DNA from: Bugula neritina
Taxonomy: Eukaryota > Animalia > Bryozoa
DNA length: 64,000 nucleotides
Direction of reading: 5' to 3'
Assembly (NCBI GenBank): GCA_964035545.1
Contig: OZ037766.1
Coordinates: 4,826,722-4,890,721 of the forward strand
In this document: positions 34,592 to 49,584 of the stretch, piece by piece
Layout of the letters: the number at the start of each line of letters is the position of its first letter
Numbering within the stretch: position 1 is the stretch's first letter
Notes under the pieces: generated by a model
The model's database searches: none
Told to the model about the DNA's origin: nothing
What the model saw: only the letters and a program-made list of their open reading frames with translations
Translations under genes and position numbers: made by a program

Positions 34592-37500
34592 CTAATTTCC
34601 ATCATTTGTGGAATCACCACTAATTTCCACAGCCTTGGCTTCCCCCACAGCAGCGATATCAGCTGAATTGCTTTCCGTAGAATTGTCTTCCGCGCCAGAT
34701 AATGGCTTTCGCGTAGACTTAGCACCATCTTTGCCTTTACTCGGGGCTTTCAACTTGTTCACAAGATCTTCTAAGTTGTTACTTTGTGCCTTCAACTTAG
34801 AGTTGCTAGCCTGCTTGGTAGCGGGTTTTTCTACTTTAGCTACTTTAGGGGGACTCGGTCCAACGGCACCGTCATTCTCAAGACCGCTCCTAGTGCTACG
34901 AGCTCTCTTGTTATTCTCATCTTGTGTGACCATTTCATTGTTGTTGAGAACATTCAGCTCTTGCTTGCGTGGTCTCCCTCTTGGTTTAGGGGCTGATGCC
35001 GCAGGATCCGCCTGTTTGGCAGCATTTGTGGTTGCAGGTTTGGCGTTTAATTTCGCAGTCTCAGCTTCCTTGGCACTCGCAGTATCCTGTCTTCTCCTAC
35101 CTCTATACTTCCTCAACGGTACTTCAGTCTTTTCTAAAGTACAGACAAACAGACAGACAGACATTAAACAATCAGTTACAAGCTCAGCAAATACAGAAAC
35201 AACTCAACTATGAAGCTGCTGTTAAAATCAAGCACTTAGCTTTGCATTATATATTAGAGTTTATAAAATGTGAAAATATGAAGCAGTATTGTTCAACAAA
35301 AATAGGACATGCTGTACACACCTTTAGAAGTGCTTTCAGTCTCCGTAACCTGCAAGTCTTTTTCAAGCCCAACTTCCTTAGACTTAGCTTTAGTTCTACG
35401 AGTTAAAGGACTAGAACGGCCACTTTCAGAGGCAACAGGTAGAGAGAGACCAAGTTTAGCCGAGCCATCCTCACAACTATCCTCGAGGAGAGAACCAAGG
35501 TCTATTATATAAGGAGCCAGCCCTCCGTCCAACAGGGTGGCCACTTCACTATGGTGACTCCTCCTTAAATGACTCTTGCACTCAGACTTGTTGTAAGAAG
35601 TAAACTTGCAGAGCTTACATTTATACCTCCTCCATCCGAGATGCCGCACAGCATGACGTCTGAGATTAGATATGCTGCCATACAGCCTTTTACACTGCAG
35701 ACAAACTAGTTTACGGATATCAATCATCTGGTTGATCTTGGTGGCATCCTCGTCGTCAAGCAAGGGGACAGACTCTCCCTGTATCAGTATTCTGTTACCT
35801 TTGATATCCTTGGCCTTTACGATATCCTCATCGAGTAGCTTGTCGTCTTTCTCATCCTCGGTCGCAGTCTCCACTGAGTCTCCCCCTGATGCCGCCACGT
35901 CCACATCCTCTCTCAGCTTGTACACCTCAGAGCCGTCCGCTGACTGGATCTTCACCACTTCTGGAATCTTCTCAATCAACCTGATGGTTCCATCTGAGAA
36001 CTGCTTTGGTTTGATATTCCTTCTAGACCGACCCTGGGCCAGGGAGGTAGGCGTGGAAGGGGTGGAGGGTGGGGAGACATTCAGCTCCTCCTCTTTGGCA
36101 GCGCTGGAAGGTGACAGCTGTACCAGTATGTCGTCAGCATCAAGTTTGGCTGGTGAGAGTTTCTCTTCACTCTGTTTACTCTTAGGTTCGTCTTTTACTT
36201 TGGCAGCCCTCTCGGTGGATGTGGACTCGCGACTTTTGCCCCGACTAGTAGCAGGTTCACTACCGCTCTCCTTGTCCACACTGCTACTTCCAGCTTTGCT
36301 GATGGACTCCTTACCCTTCTTACTCTGCGTTTCTTTAGGATCCACCTTCTTACCATCAGCTGCCTTAGTGTCTGAAGCCTTCCCTTTCTCTTCAACCACG
36401 TCATTGCTCTGGCTCCCAGACTCTTCGACAGCATTCTCAGCCTCAGCCTCTTTAGAGTCCGCTGTGGTAGCAGCGGTGTCTTTGCCACGCTTAGCGCAGG
36501 ACGCTGTGTGCTGCACCATGTTATTTCTGTTACTGAACGCCCTGTTACAGGTTTTACACACAAAGAGAATTGGCTTTGTAGTGGAGTAGAGCTTCTGGAA
36601 GTCTGGTGGAGGTAGCCCAGCCTTTTTATAGCACGACACCATGTGTAGGCGGAGATACTGGTGTTTCTGGAACACTTTGGAGCAGTTAGTACAAGATCTA
36701 TAATAAGAAAAAATGTATTAAAATTTTTGCTCTGCATTAAATTTCAACTTTTACTGTTAAAACATCTTTTACAAAACAGAACTTCGAGTATTCGTACTCA
36801 CAATTGGACCTTGTTGCTAGGGACTGCACCTGTGTCCCTCTTTTCATTATTTACTGCGGGACTAAATTGAGAGGCCGATAGCGCTGTGCTAGAGGAGCGT
36901 GTTTTATCAGCTTCCTCCGGGAGTTGCTTGCCCCCAGCCACAGGCTCGGTGTACACTCGAGCTCGAATCTTTTCTCTGATTTTGTCAACATTATCCCCTG
37001 TGAGTTGATGAAAGGTCTTCAAGTGTCTGGTGACACCCCAGAACTACAAGTAACAGGAGAGAGCACAATACAGCAGCTGATTCTAAGTATTGTCCTGGAA
37101 TAGGAAATGTTTAATGACCTGACCATAGATAGCTACTATTATAATGAATTATAAATCTGCAGTGAAAAGGCTGAACATAAAAACCTAATTATAGTATTGC
37201 TCATGTGCCAACAGGTCGTGAGAGAGAAGACAAGAGTAAAGCATTCATAAAATCTTGATGGAAACTTGTAATACAAAATAGCAACTCACAACTTCTATGA
37301 ACTCTAACTAGGAATAAATTTTAGGCTTTTATAAAAATAAACTGAGAAGTAGAGAAAAATATGGCTATTAAGAGAACATCAAATCAGGATAAAAATGATA
37401 CATTTTATTGTCATGGAAACAACATTTCCTGAGGTTAAAGATCTGACAAACAGAATAATTATCAGTTCTCAGGATAATTTTACTTTCAACTATTGAATGG

Positions 37501-40500
37501 ATTTCAAAAAATGTAAATTTTTGTATTAGTGAGACTTAGCCTCAACTACTGTTGATATGTTGTTACTTATTAGCAGCATATACTAGCTACTCCACAATTT
37601 ATTCATCTCCAAGAAGTCAAGATGAGTTATGAGCAAACTTTACAATACACAAAGTTGTTCACCACAATTTATATCTAATAAAATTCTCCCAAAATAAAGT
37701 GTAAAGACCAGAAACATAAACCTACTATTACTGAAACAGCAATTGACATCAGCATAGTTTTAGGCTTGTAAAATTTATCCTGAGGAATCAAACTTTTTTC
37801 GAATTCAGAAACTTCAAACATACAGAAAAGTAGTTCTTTAGTATCCAACTTCAGATTATTTCAATAAACTTTGCTTTTGGTGAATATTCTCCTCAACAAA
37901 TTGTATAAATTTCTAGCATACTATACTATGGTTCAACTTCCTTCTCTCTCATTTCCAACAGTTCATAAGTCAAGTTCAACCAGCTATTGACCCGGCATAA
38001 ACAAATCATTGCAATAATAGTGCGATGTGTGAAGCTGTGTTCCATGCCAATCACCTCTCATTATCTGACCAATCGCACACCCTCAAGTCTACGACTGCTA
38101 TCATAACTGAGAGAATAGGCTTTTGCAGTATTACTACGCACTGCAGTATTACTACGTCACTATTACTTGTATACCAAACAAGAATGCAAAATAATACACT
38201 CCATGTTATTGCCATAATTTAAATTGAATAGAAAGACCACAAAACCGCAGGCAGATAGAAATTTAGAACCAAATAATGCCAAAACCTAAGGAGAATTTTA
38301 ATTTAGTGCCAGAAACAGATTCAGTCCAACAGCTTTTCTGGCTCCACCAACACACAATTCAAAATCAAAACATAATTCTGCACAGATTCACAGAGAATCA
38401 TAGCCATTTCCACGCATTGAAGACATTTGGAAGCCACTCTCAGTATCTTTCAAGTGTAGAGTAGCAGTGTAGAGTAGCAGTGTAGAGTAGCAATGTAGAG
38501 TAGCAGTGTAGAGTAACAGTGTAGAGTAGCAGTGTAGAGTAGCAGTGTACTGGCAGTGAGTCGTGTACTGACAGTGAGTTGTGTACTGACAGTGAGTCGT
38601 GTACTGACAGTGAGTATTAACCTAATACCTTGAGTGCATCGTAAAGCAAGAAGGGGGTATTAGGACCCACCTGTGTGAAGACATTCTTGCAATATATACA
38701 CGGGTAGAGTTTTCTGGGTTTCCCCGACTTGCTCTGAACATTCGCAGCCTTAGATGAAGGTACAGTAGTGTCAGAAGGCAAACACTTCATTAACTTGACA
38801 TCAGTATCTTCTTTCTTAGATGTTGATGACTGATTACGAGCTACAATACCATACAACACATATAATACATATAAGAGCAGGTGAGTGGAGTAGCGGAATA
38901 CAATCACTGAAGTAGATTAGATAGCCGACGGTGTAAGACGTAAACACAACACAACAGAACAAGTAAAACATATTAATAACAAGTTTATTGCGTTACAAAA
39001 ATATATTCTGAAAATAAGGCACCAAACAGAGTATACCCCCCTTTCCTTGTATTCAATGCTAACATTTCACAGCTTAGCCCAGCTCACACTACTGACTAGC
39101 TACTTCAAGTTTGGGAACTTGAATTTTGCGTTCAAGCCGATATTTTTTGTACTCGAGAGTAACTAGGTGAATTAGATGACATAAAACTACAAACAGCATA
39201 TACTTCTTCGTTCATTTACCTCTAGAAGTAGAGTGAGATTTGCTCTTACTGGTGAAGGTCATGTTAACAAAGTCCTCTTCGTCATCCTCGTCTTGCCAGT
39301 CTGCGATGAATGCATCGATACGTCTGCTGGGCCTCTGTCTCAGACTCATATTAGGGTAGCCATCTGCAACCACACAAACAGATGACACTTTACGACGGAA
39401 CTCTAACTGCTATTCTAGAATGTTCACAAGGTCAAGGTTAAAACTTGTGATTTCTGTGAGAAAGTTGGGTCTCAAATCAAATTTCTTTAAACTACAGCTG
39501 AAGTCATCGCAAGTTGGTGACATGAAGTCAGTGTCAATGAATGAAAATTATCAACGAAAATATATTAAATTCAACACAAAACTCCCTAGTAAAACATTTA
39601 AATAGATTCAGAAGAATATGAACTCTGAGCAGAGTATGTCAGACACATACCTCTTGGCTCAACTGTGGTGACTGCCTCAGCTTTATCTGAAGGATTAGAA
39701 ATAGACGAGGAGCGACCATCTGCCTCTGAGCCAGCAGCCACTTGGGAGACGGCACACGAGACCCCTACAAGACAACTTCATTATGAAGAACGTAGGCTAC
39801 AGCGGCAAGGCTATCAGAATTATATATTAGAGTTTTCCTTCCTTGTATCACTGTCCAACTTTCATAGGAAATAATTAACCGCCAGAAAGAGTCAAACTGA
39901 AAAATTGTTTTCTCACTCTCAAATCACAGTTTGTGTGAAAATCCAGCTTGCAAGAAAATTCTCAACCAAATGCTGTCACACAGACTTGAAACAATTGCAT
40001 AATAACTATTGAACACAGGATATTTAATATTCGACATTCACCGCACATGACATATCCAACACATCTTCAAGCAAATGTGACACTATGAACTCAAGTCTAG
40101 ATTTTAGAATGTGACAAAAGTAAACCCAAATTAGGTAACACTATTTGTGGCTATGACTCATAGGCACACCGATACAATTTGGTCGACAACACAATATAAT
40201 TGTCCGGCCAGCTATTGCTAAATGTCTTTCACAGTCCAACACTTTTTATACCACCAGAAAACTCGAAACTCACTGAACCGCCTAGCATAAAAATAAAAGC
40301 ATCAGAAAAACAAACCATAGGAAGGGAATAGGTAATTTGAATATATCATGTAAGGTTAACTTATAGCATATATACTTTCATAGTGTACAAAAGATTTTAG
40401 TAATTACAATGCTTTAAAAATTTTTTAACTGAAACTCCGTTTATAAAACTTTATCTCACTTTTAATATCTCCATGAAGATGATAAACTATATATTGCAAG

Positions 40501-41923
40501 TATTTATTTAAACAACTAAAAATTAGACAACTTCTAGTTTTACAAGAACACAACTCCAGAGCTGTGCTAGGAGCACTACCTTCTATAGGTGATGTCTTCA
40601 TGACAGCGGGCACCTGGTCCCCCAACTTGGTAATATCGGCAGCAGTTGATTTCCTTACTGGCCTCGCCTTTCTCGGAGCAGCAATGGAGCGCTTGTTTGC
40701 AGTTGGCTTAGTACGCTGAGCGAGAAGTTTGTCTGTGTCAGGGTCAGTTGGCTCCACGACCTCCACACCAGCTGGTGGGATAATCCTCTGCAGCTCCTTC
40801 GCATAGTCCCGATATATACCCTGTAATACAATACGAGGCTACTGTTGGACAGTCAGTGTACAATTGCAATTTAAAAAATTATTTAAACCTCTTTTGTTGA
40901 TAAGGAAAGTTAATAGCTGCATAGTCAGGAAGTGACTTTAGACTTGCTATAATTATACAAATTACTCGTAAATGAATAAAACAGGAAAAATTTATATCAA
41001 CACCAAGTCGAGTATTTCATTAAATAATGTTAAGCTAGACAAAGTGGCCAAAGAGGTAAGCAATGTGTTGCTGATAGCCCCAATGAGAAACTAACAAAGA
41101 AATCACTGCATTCTAATTTAAAAAATAAGAAAAGCTACACAATAGTTTTAAGTTATATATAAACATAGCATTCTACAAGTGGTAAAATATTGCCAAAATT
41201 AATCATGAGTTTTAAAAGGGAAGTCCAGAAAATGTCAAGGAGCTTTTGCCATGCAAGCATTCATCGCATCAAAATCAGCTAATATAAAACTTCGGTACCA
41301 CCAAATAATTTTAAATTGGTCAGATTTCACATCTTATATTTTCAATACATTTTTAGTAGGCCCTAATTACAGTTTATAATCGGAAAGAAAAAACAAGTAG
41401 ATGCTAGTGACTCACTCGGCAGTAGACTCTTTTATGGGAGATAAAATTTGCCAACGATCTGAATAAGCTCTTACACTGTCTGCATTCTAATATCGCGTCA
41501 CACTCGTTCTCCAAGTAGCCGACTACTTCTTGAGTTGACGTTGTTCTAGCATTCAGTATCTGAATACAAAATAAAACATCCAAATAGCATAGTTTATCAT
41601 ACAGCTGCTGATATACTATTGGTGGGATTTCTATAAATAACTTTACCTAATCCATAACATAAATTCAATAAATTATAATCAAATAAAACTGGCACCTGTC
41701 AGAAATAACTCTTTACCAAATATTGATAATTATGTACGTGAAATAAAATTAGAATGTAAATTGTGCTGATGTACGGTTATGCACATACCATATATAGAAA
41801 AAATAAAAGTAACCTGCTGATGAATAGGTATGGGAATTGTCTTACCTGCAGAATGGAAGGCAGCCCGAGATCAATTGGCTTGAGAAGAGATGAGATGTCA
41901 GTCTTTTGTGAGCCAGTTGCCAT
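34592..41923 (-). CDS. ZNF800: ZNF800-like zinc-finger protein (paralogue A), ~1016 aa, with C-terminal AT-hook. Exons 41923-41846, 41559-41416, 40820-40580, 39764-39651, 39363-39220, 38840-38671, 37043-36802, 36697-35322, 35133-34592
   Basis: N-terminal DISSLLKPID...YLENECDAILECRQCKSLFRSLANFISHKRVYC is the ZNF800 signature C2HC finger. Further fingers: YPCIYC..RHLKTFH, CTNC..H..C, CKTC..H..C, CLQC..NLRRHAVRH, YKCKLC..HLRRSH. AT-hook PRGRPRK. 3051-nt spliced ORF. Confidence 0.85.
38452..38616. repeat. Compound minisatellite: 13-bp unit (agtgtagagtagc) x~7 followed by 18-bp unit (agtgagtcgtgtactgac) x~4
   Basis: Direct inspection. Confidence 0.88.
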
Positions 41924-42649
41924 GACTCACACTCTTTAACTCTCTCCGGTATTGCCTTAATAAACAATATAATATAATGTTATTTGTATAACTAAACAGT
42001 ATTACTCTTCAGTATTACCTTCATAACAAATAATAAAATATTATAAAATAGTATTTGTGTATGGAAGCTGAATTTAAAGTTGGACACTGCAAATAGTTTT
42101 TAATTTCAGCACTCAGAATTTCCATTTGTATCATATTAATATGTAATTTAACAGATTTAAGATTGGTAATCACAAATGATCACGATTATAGTTATAACCA
42201 AAATTTCCATTTTGCTTTATGAATATACGATCAATAATATTATTTACACATAGGAATTACACAAGCATTTGAATTATTGAAACTCTGAAAGAAAAAATCT
42301 GCAGTAAAAGTATTACTATGAGTATTAGCTGATCAGTAAACGAGTTCTACGTAGCAAATAGGCTTGTGTAAATGGAGACTAAATTAAAAACGGTAAAAAT
42401 TGCAAATACTATTCATAGCAGAATAAAAATATTAAACTAAAATAATCATCTTGATACTGATAAAACTACAAACGTATAGGCGCGGTGACTAGACCAATTC
42501 TATATGCGACATACCCTGACCCATTTCAAACTTAATCACAATCGCAGTGACAATGGCTAAGGTGAAACTGCAACTACATGCTCATAAGTCATTAGTCATA
42601 TTCAATCTCATGTAGCCTATAGGCATAGCTCTATTAAAATAAAGTGTTA

Positions 42650-43580
42650 CATTGCAATTAACGTCACTATTAAATTCACTTTGACTACCACTTCACCCAG
42701 ATTGCCAGCACTAGTCATAGTGAAGACTATAATCCTAATATTGGCCATAGGCATAATATTAATGCTAATACTAATAGTAGATGTAATAGCTGATGCTAAA
42801 ATGAAATTAGCCATTTAATATGTATATTTTATATTATCACCTATAATGTAATTTCACTCTTTAGTTTTACATTCATCTTGCAGTTGAGTTGGAGAATAAA
42901 TCAATAAATTTTAAAATCAACATAAATATGAAAAGCAACATATTTTATTATTATTTTATTATTATTTTATTTCCTATTATAAATTATTAATATATTAATT
43001 TTAAGTTTAATTAAACCTAATCTTCATGATTTTAATAATAATAATAACAGCTAATGTTACTACATATTTAATTTTATATTACTATTACTAGTATTAGTAT
43101 TACTATTAGTATTAGTATAACATAAAGTTTAACTATAAGTATAACAATTACATTACTAACAACTACAAGTAGGCTATAACCTAAACTATAATTATTACTA
43201 TTATTATTACTTATACTCTTATAGTCATACTATTAGTATCAGTATGAGTATTAGTATGCATCACTAGTAGAGTAGTACTATTAGTATCACTATTAGTATA
43301 AGTATTAGTATTACTATTACTATTAGTATTACTATTAGATTTAGTATAACTATAAGTATAACTATAAGTATAACAAAATAATTATTAAATAAAATATTAC
43401 CATTACTATTAGAAATAACTTCAACTAGTACTGCCAACAATACGAGTAACTTTACTTTGATGACATGATACTATTATTATTCAAACTTCTTTTAATTTAA
43501 GCATGAACGTTCAAATTTAACTTTTGCCCTCAAGTTTTGGTTTGGGGTTATGAGTGAGTTATCACTTCAATTTCACATTT
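42650..43580. repeat. 3/6-bp-periodic low-complexity tract in the putative first (5' UTR) intron of ZNF800-like A
   Basis: AGTATT/ACTATT/AGTATA hexamer runs between a candidate minus-strand donor (acatac, 43650-43655) and acceptor (~41957). Confidence 0.75.
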
Positions 43581-44835
43581 TTGACTAAATATAAATGTAG
43601 TTTGATAAGTTATTTAGTATTAAAACAGATGGTCTAATTTTTACGTAAAACATACCAAGAAGGGTAGAGATTTTTGTAGCTGGGTAAATAAATTCTTGAA
43701 CGACTATACGTATATAAGAAGTTAAGGAAGTTTCTTTTGTTGCGTTTGGGCGCAATCAAGAAAATATTCTCTATCTTGTCAGAGAGGCCAACAATTGTCG
43801 CAATGCATTGTGGTATATTATCGTGTCCGGTTACCCGACTGGCGCGGAGTTGTTACCCCTCAAATTAAAAGTCCCTGATAGGTTCGCAAGCAAAAATCAG
43901 CCACTAAAATAATGTATTACAAAAGCAACTTAATTTCAGTTTTGCATGTGATGATTAGTAACTTTAGATAATAATTAAAGCCAAATTAAACTTATCACCA
44001 TAGACATCAACCATACTGCCATTTATCAAGTACCGAAAAGGAAGACCTTGCAGATTGATACAAAATTTAATTTTACTCAAAATGGGTTATAGTTGAAGTC
44101 TTTTCAATTCAAACAATGAGCTGTTGTTTTTAGCCTATAGGCTTTTGCTGCTTTAGTTACAGCTTAATCATTCATAGTATATAGCTTATGCTGCAACACA
44201 AATAGATCTACAATTTCCAGTTTATAGTAGCCTTCATTAAATTTGGTAATTTCCAAGACAAAATGTATTATACAATTTAAAAGCTTGTTAAACACGCTGT
44301 AAAGTTAATTAGAAATATTTGAACTTTATTATGCAGTAAAAACAGTTGATGGGCAAAACTGCTGGACATGTAAAGAATGCTAGAAAGTTATTTATTATAT
44401 TATTATATTTATCTCATTTGATTACATGCAAATTAACATCTGCAGAAAGCATATTATCACAAGAACAATCTATAGATAAGACAAAAGTGTGCATATAACA
44501 GAGATATAAGAGCAATGAAAAACTTATATATTTATTTAATCATATATATATATACATATATATATGAGAAATCAAACTATGTACACCTATATAACATTAG
44601 AGGACAATTATTGGTTTAAAAAGGATTATTTACAATCTACTCTAATATTAAACAAATAAAACACAAACTTTTGAAATTAAATTACCATTTAATGAAACAA
44701 ATAAAACTCTAATGATATCAGAATGATGAATGAATTAAACACAACTTCACTTTATAGTAACTGTGCATGCGTATTCCATCACAGAAGGTATGGGCTGAGC
44801 ATCTCTATCTACAGTAAATCATGCAGCAATGGCAC

Positions 44836-47800
44836 CTATACATTGTACATTGTGTGGCCATCTGTTATCTGACTAATTTCCACAACTTCCATTCCTTGTG
44901 GAGTGTCTATTCTCTCCAGCCCGCCTGATGGTGATTTGACCTACAGAACCAAACTATTTGTTACGGCTGTGCTTTACAGAAGCTCTACAAGGTTTACAAT
45001 GGCATCAACTTAGACATGGAAAAGATAGCTTTGCAAAAGTTTCAACTATTCCCATGGTTTTAGCACATAATTAAACATGATTCTTAATGCATTATAAATC
45101 ATAATGAAAACATATAATTCATAATGAAATTTTAATAATTGTCATAATATTATGTTCAAGCATAAACTTAACATCTGGCTTATTAATTTTATGATTATTA
45201 TAATGACAAAGCCAGTAATTATTATGAAATTAACTCCAATGAATGCAACAAGAATGTATTAGCTATTACTGAATATGTTCACTTATATTATTACTTATCA
45301 AACACAAGTTTGCACCAAAACTCCAACTCTTAGAGAATTATAACCAACACCAACTATAGAAACATTGGTAATGTTTTGGAAAACATCAATACGAGGTCTC
45401 CAACATGTCAGCAACCATAAGAAGTTATCCTCTCCTAGAAGCTCATCTCATTACACACACATACCAGGTAGATGATGTTTCCGCCGGCAGCCTTGATCTG
45501 CTCCAGTTGCTCCTCCGTCAGCGTGACAGTCTGTAGGTCGTCTGATTGGTCAGCAGTTAAATCTGTGTGTATCACAGTGTCAGTCTCGCCAGCCAGACTT
45601 TGGTGGACAGTAGGCAGAGTGTGCACTTGCGGACTCTCTGCTTTGTTAGCCTCGTTTGTTGAGATCATAGCGAGTGTGTCTAACCCACTAGCGCCCTCTA
45701 CGTACGACCCCGACTCTTTTATCACCTGCGTTTCATATGAGAGTTTATTAATGAGCATCACAGCAGGATGAGTGGATGATGTATTGAGAAAAAAGGCAAC
45801 ATCTTTGGCAAAAGCATCTTATCCCATATAGAAAAGAGGAGCAAAACACAAACATTTATAGTGAAAGAATAAACAGCTTTTCAGAAGCTTAAAATAAATA
45901 TAAATTATACACAATTATAATACAATAAGTATTACAATATTAATTATTATTATAATAATTATAATATAACTATATAATAATTATATATAATAAAATATAA
46001 ATTAACTTCATTCAAATACCAACTAGTCATGATAGTGAAGGACAGGAAATGACAAGGGAATGCTGCCTCTGCACCCTACATGATGCCGGGAACCACTATT
46101 AGTTACTAACCTTGAGATACAGCTCATTGTCGCCAACCATCTCGCCCTCCGTAGTCAGGTTGCTGAAATCTGGCTGCTCCTCCATAAGCTCAGTAGTTTG
46201 CTGGGTAGGGGGCGCGTGCTCAACAACCATATGCGACATGGCAGGGCGTATGGTGCCCTGGTCTACTATGAGTTGCTGAGTGGCATTCTGGTGTACAGCA
46301 ATCTCAAAGACCTGAGAGTTTCCTGTAGACTGAACAGCCTCGGCAGGCAGACAGGATGGAGTGTGTTTATCCAGAGCATTCTGATTCACAAATATCTTCT
46401 GGCAGGTCGGACACTGAGTCAGGCACATCTAATAAAGACAATACAAACGGTATGTGCTAACTCCTCCCACCTACATCTCCCTGCTGTCTAGCTCCTCCCA
46501 CCTACACGCCCCTAATGTCTAGCTCCTCCCACCTACATCTCCACATTGTCTAACTCCTCCCACCTACATCTCCACATTGTCTAGCTCCTCCCACTTCCCA
46601 CATCTCCTGTAGCTTTGTGTCTAGCAGCTAAGATATGACCTGGTTTTAGCTAATTTCAAACTTGAACAGAACTTCTCAATGAGTGGTCACCAGTTTCAAA
46701 CATTATTCAGCTGATAAATCATACAATTATTATATAATATAATATGTGGAACTTGTAATGTATACGTAATATATATGAAACTTGCAATGTATACATAATA
46801 TATGTGGAACTTGCAATGTATACATAATATATGGAACTTACGCATACATCTGCTGCATATAACCACAAGCCACTTGTGATGAAATACGGTTGCAGAGAGA
46901 AGCTAACCAATACAATGACATGAAAACACGGAACTATAATAAGCACAGAGCAGTCCAAACAGTAAGGGTTTAACCCAACTGTAGTATGACTCACAATCAT
47001 AGACTTAGCTACATGATACAAGCATGAGAATTACACATCATATTGTCTAACCTGGAGACTAATGCTATTAGTAGGCTGTGGCTTCTCATTAGATGGAACA
47101 GAGGCTATGCTTGTAGAGACAATGGTGGGTTCTGGAGCTAATGGCTTCACTATACGAGGGTGGGCAGTGAATTGCGATTGTAAACCAACTTTAGAGGGAT
47201 AAGATTTGGTTGCCATCCTGATTGGTTGATTCGAAGCCTGAGAGATGCGTTTCAAGGGTGAGGCTTGCTTGTTAATCACCAGCCTTCCATAACTGATAGA
47301 ATAATAAACAACCAACACTGCTACAAGTTATGCCTTAAAACAAATTTTGCAAGTGGTAAATTTTGAGAATAGAAGTTTGCTTATATGCAAGATAGAGCTG
47401 TGGTTACTGGAAGAAAGGAACAGATTGTTCATATAAAGTACAGGACTAGAGCCACTATTGTCAAATTATATCTGCTCCTGTGCCAGTCGGAGCCCTTCAG
47501 GCATGATGTCAGAGTGGCTTGAGATAGTTCATACCCACTTAAAGGGTAACAGCAATGAAAATGCGAGTTTTACCAAATTACCTGGATGCAAGATACAGTA
47601 AAGTACAATTAATGGTAGTTCTGGAGGATTGTATACATACCAAGTATCTCCCACCAGTTCTATTGATGTCTGCTGTTGCTACCATTTCCTGTTAACACTC
47701 ACCTGTCTATGTTGAAGTCTTTAATGATAACCTGGTCTCTTCCTTCAGAGGCCAATTTGGACTCTAGGGCTAAGAATCTCGAGGCTGCGAGTTCCTTCTC

Positions 47801-49540
47801 CCGTTCCACCGCCTTGAGTCGCTCCTCTACAGCCACTTCCTGTACCTTGGCAAACAGTTTGGGTCTCAGTTTAGATATAGCTTTCTGACTGAACGAATGG
47901 GTCTCCTTCAAGTGTCTCAGCATCTCCCTCGCCTACAAGCGTTTATTACCTCCTTTATCAAGAGAGCTAAAAGCATTTATTACCTCCTTTATCAAGAGAG
48001 CTAAAAGCATTTATTACTTTTTTATTAAGAGAACTACAAGCATTTATTACTTCTTTTATGAAGAGAACTACAATCATTTATTACCTCCTTTATCAAGAGA
48101 ACTAAGAGCATTTATTACCTCCTTTTTCAAGAGAACTAAAACACATAACCAAGAACCCTCGACATCTTCACTCACCGTCTGAACGGGGGCCTCACATATG
48201 GTACAGGTCAAGGATATATTGGTATTCTTAGTCCTAGTAGGTCGGCCAGGTGGGCGGCCAATCATACGTAGTTTCCTACCAAACTTTGCAATCATCTCCT
48301 TGTCCGATACTTTGCAATATCGCGTGGGAGTAGTCGGGGGAACTCGTCGCCTCATGTTGCGTAGAAATGGGTCGTTCTCTTCCGTAAGTTTCTCACTATT
48401 GTAATCTGAACATACAGTGAGAAGAGCGTAGTTAATTAAGTCATGCAAAAAATTTTTCATCATTGAGATTAATCCCTAGTTTGTATAGCGAATAAAACCG
48501 GTCTAATTATTATGCATACACCTGCTGGTAGAAACAGTAATTCAGGTATCAAAGTAATTGGTACTATAAGTATGTGATATCTGCAGACAGTAAAAGTAGA
48601 GGTAGTAGTACCACTAGTAGCAGTCAAAGTAATAATCACAGTTGTAAGAGTAAAAGAAGCATAACAAGTAGCAATAGCAATCAACTACGGAAAGTGATAT
48701 GAATACGGTAAAAACATGACATACCCAGAACTTTCAGTTGTCTAACGAATGCTTGATTCCTAACAAAAGCGCGGAGTTTGGCGACAAATTCGAGACTCTT
48801 GCCGTGAGTCTTGTTGAGATGACGAGACAGATTCTTCTGCTACAAACACAACAGAGAGAATTGATGCAATGGCTTCCGGCATGTCCTTTTAAATTTGGAA
48901 ACTATGAAGGCTTTTCAGCAGAGAAGCCATATTACTGGGATATTGTAATATATTACTTTAAGAGCACCTTCTACGACACAAGATTGTAGGAATGTGAAAT
49001 AGAGACACTAGTTGAGGCAGCAAGTAATGATTCTACCTGGCTGTATATGTTCCTGCAGTAGATGCAGGGGTAGAAGACTTTCTTGTCAGCGTGCTGATAG
49101 CTCATGTGGTTGGTCAGTGTTTTGATGCAGGAGTAGAGAGTATTACAACGGAAACACCTTCTTGTCTGCCAGTCGCAGTCAGTACGACTCTTGATGTCTA
49201 CGCAGGCCAGTCTACCCCGCAGCTTGGGTCCAAGGGTGTAGTACTCATCATCCCGCAAGTACTCGTAGAGATCAGGGTCATGCTCAAACTCCATTGCTGC
49301 GTCTAAATGACAGCAAGCAAGATCAACAGTAGAAGTAGAAGTAGGAGCAGTAGTACTAGTAGTAATGGTGGTAGTAGTAGTGATAGTTGTGGTAGTGGTA
49401 GTAGTAGTATTAGTAGTGTTAGTATTAGTAGTAGTGGTAGTTAGTAGTAGCAGCAGCAGTAGTTGTAGTAGTAGTAATAATAGCAGTAGGTAGTAGTAGT
49501 AGTAGTAGTAGTAGAAGTAGTAGTAGTAGAAGTAGTAGTA

Positions 49541-49584
<44 letters not shown>

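Noticed and set aside
34608-36589. Long plus-strand ORFs (201 aa, 305 aa and others)
   Set aside because: Antisense shadows of the large GC-richer ZNF800-like exons; Ser/Leu-rich with no independent features.
47538-47590. Isolated TTAA-AGG Kolobok-like ends (also ~55182)
   Set aside because: No matching opposite TIR found in the window.
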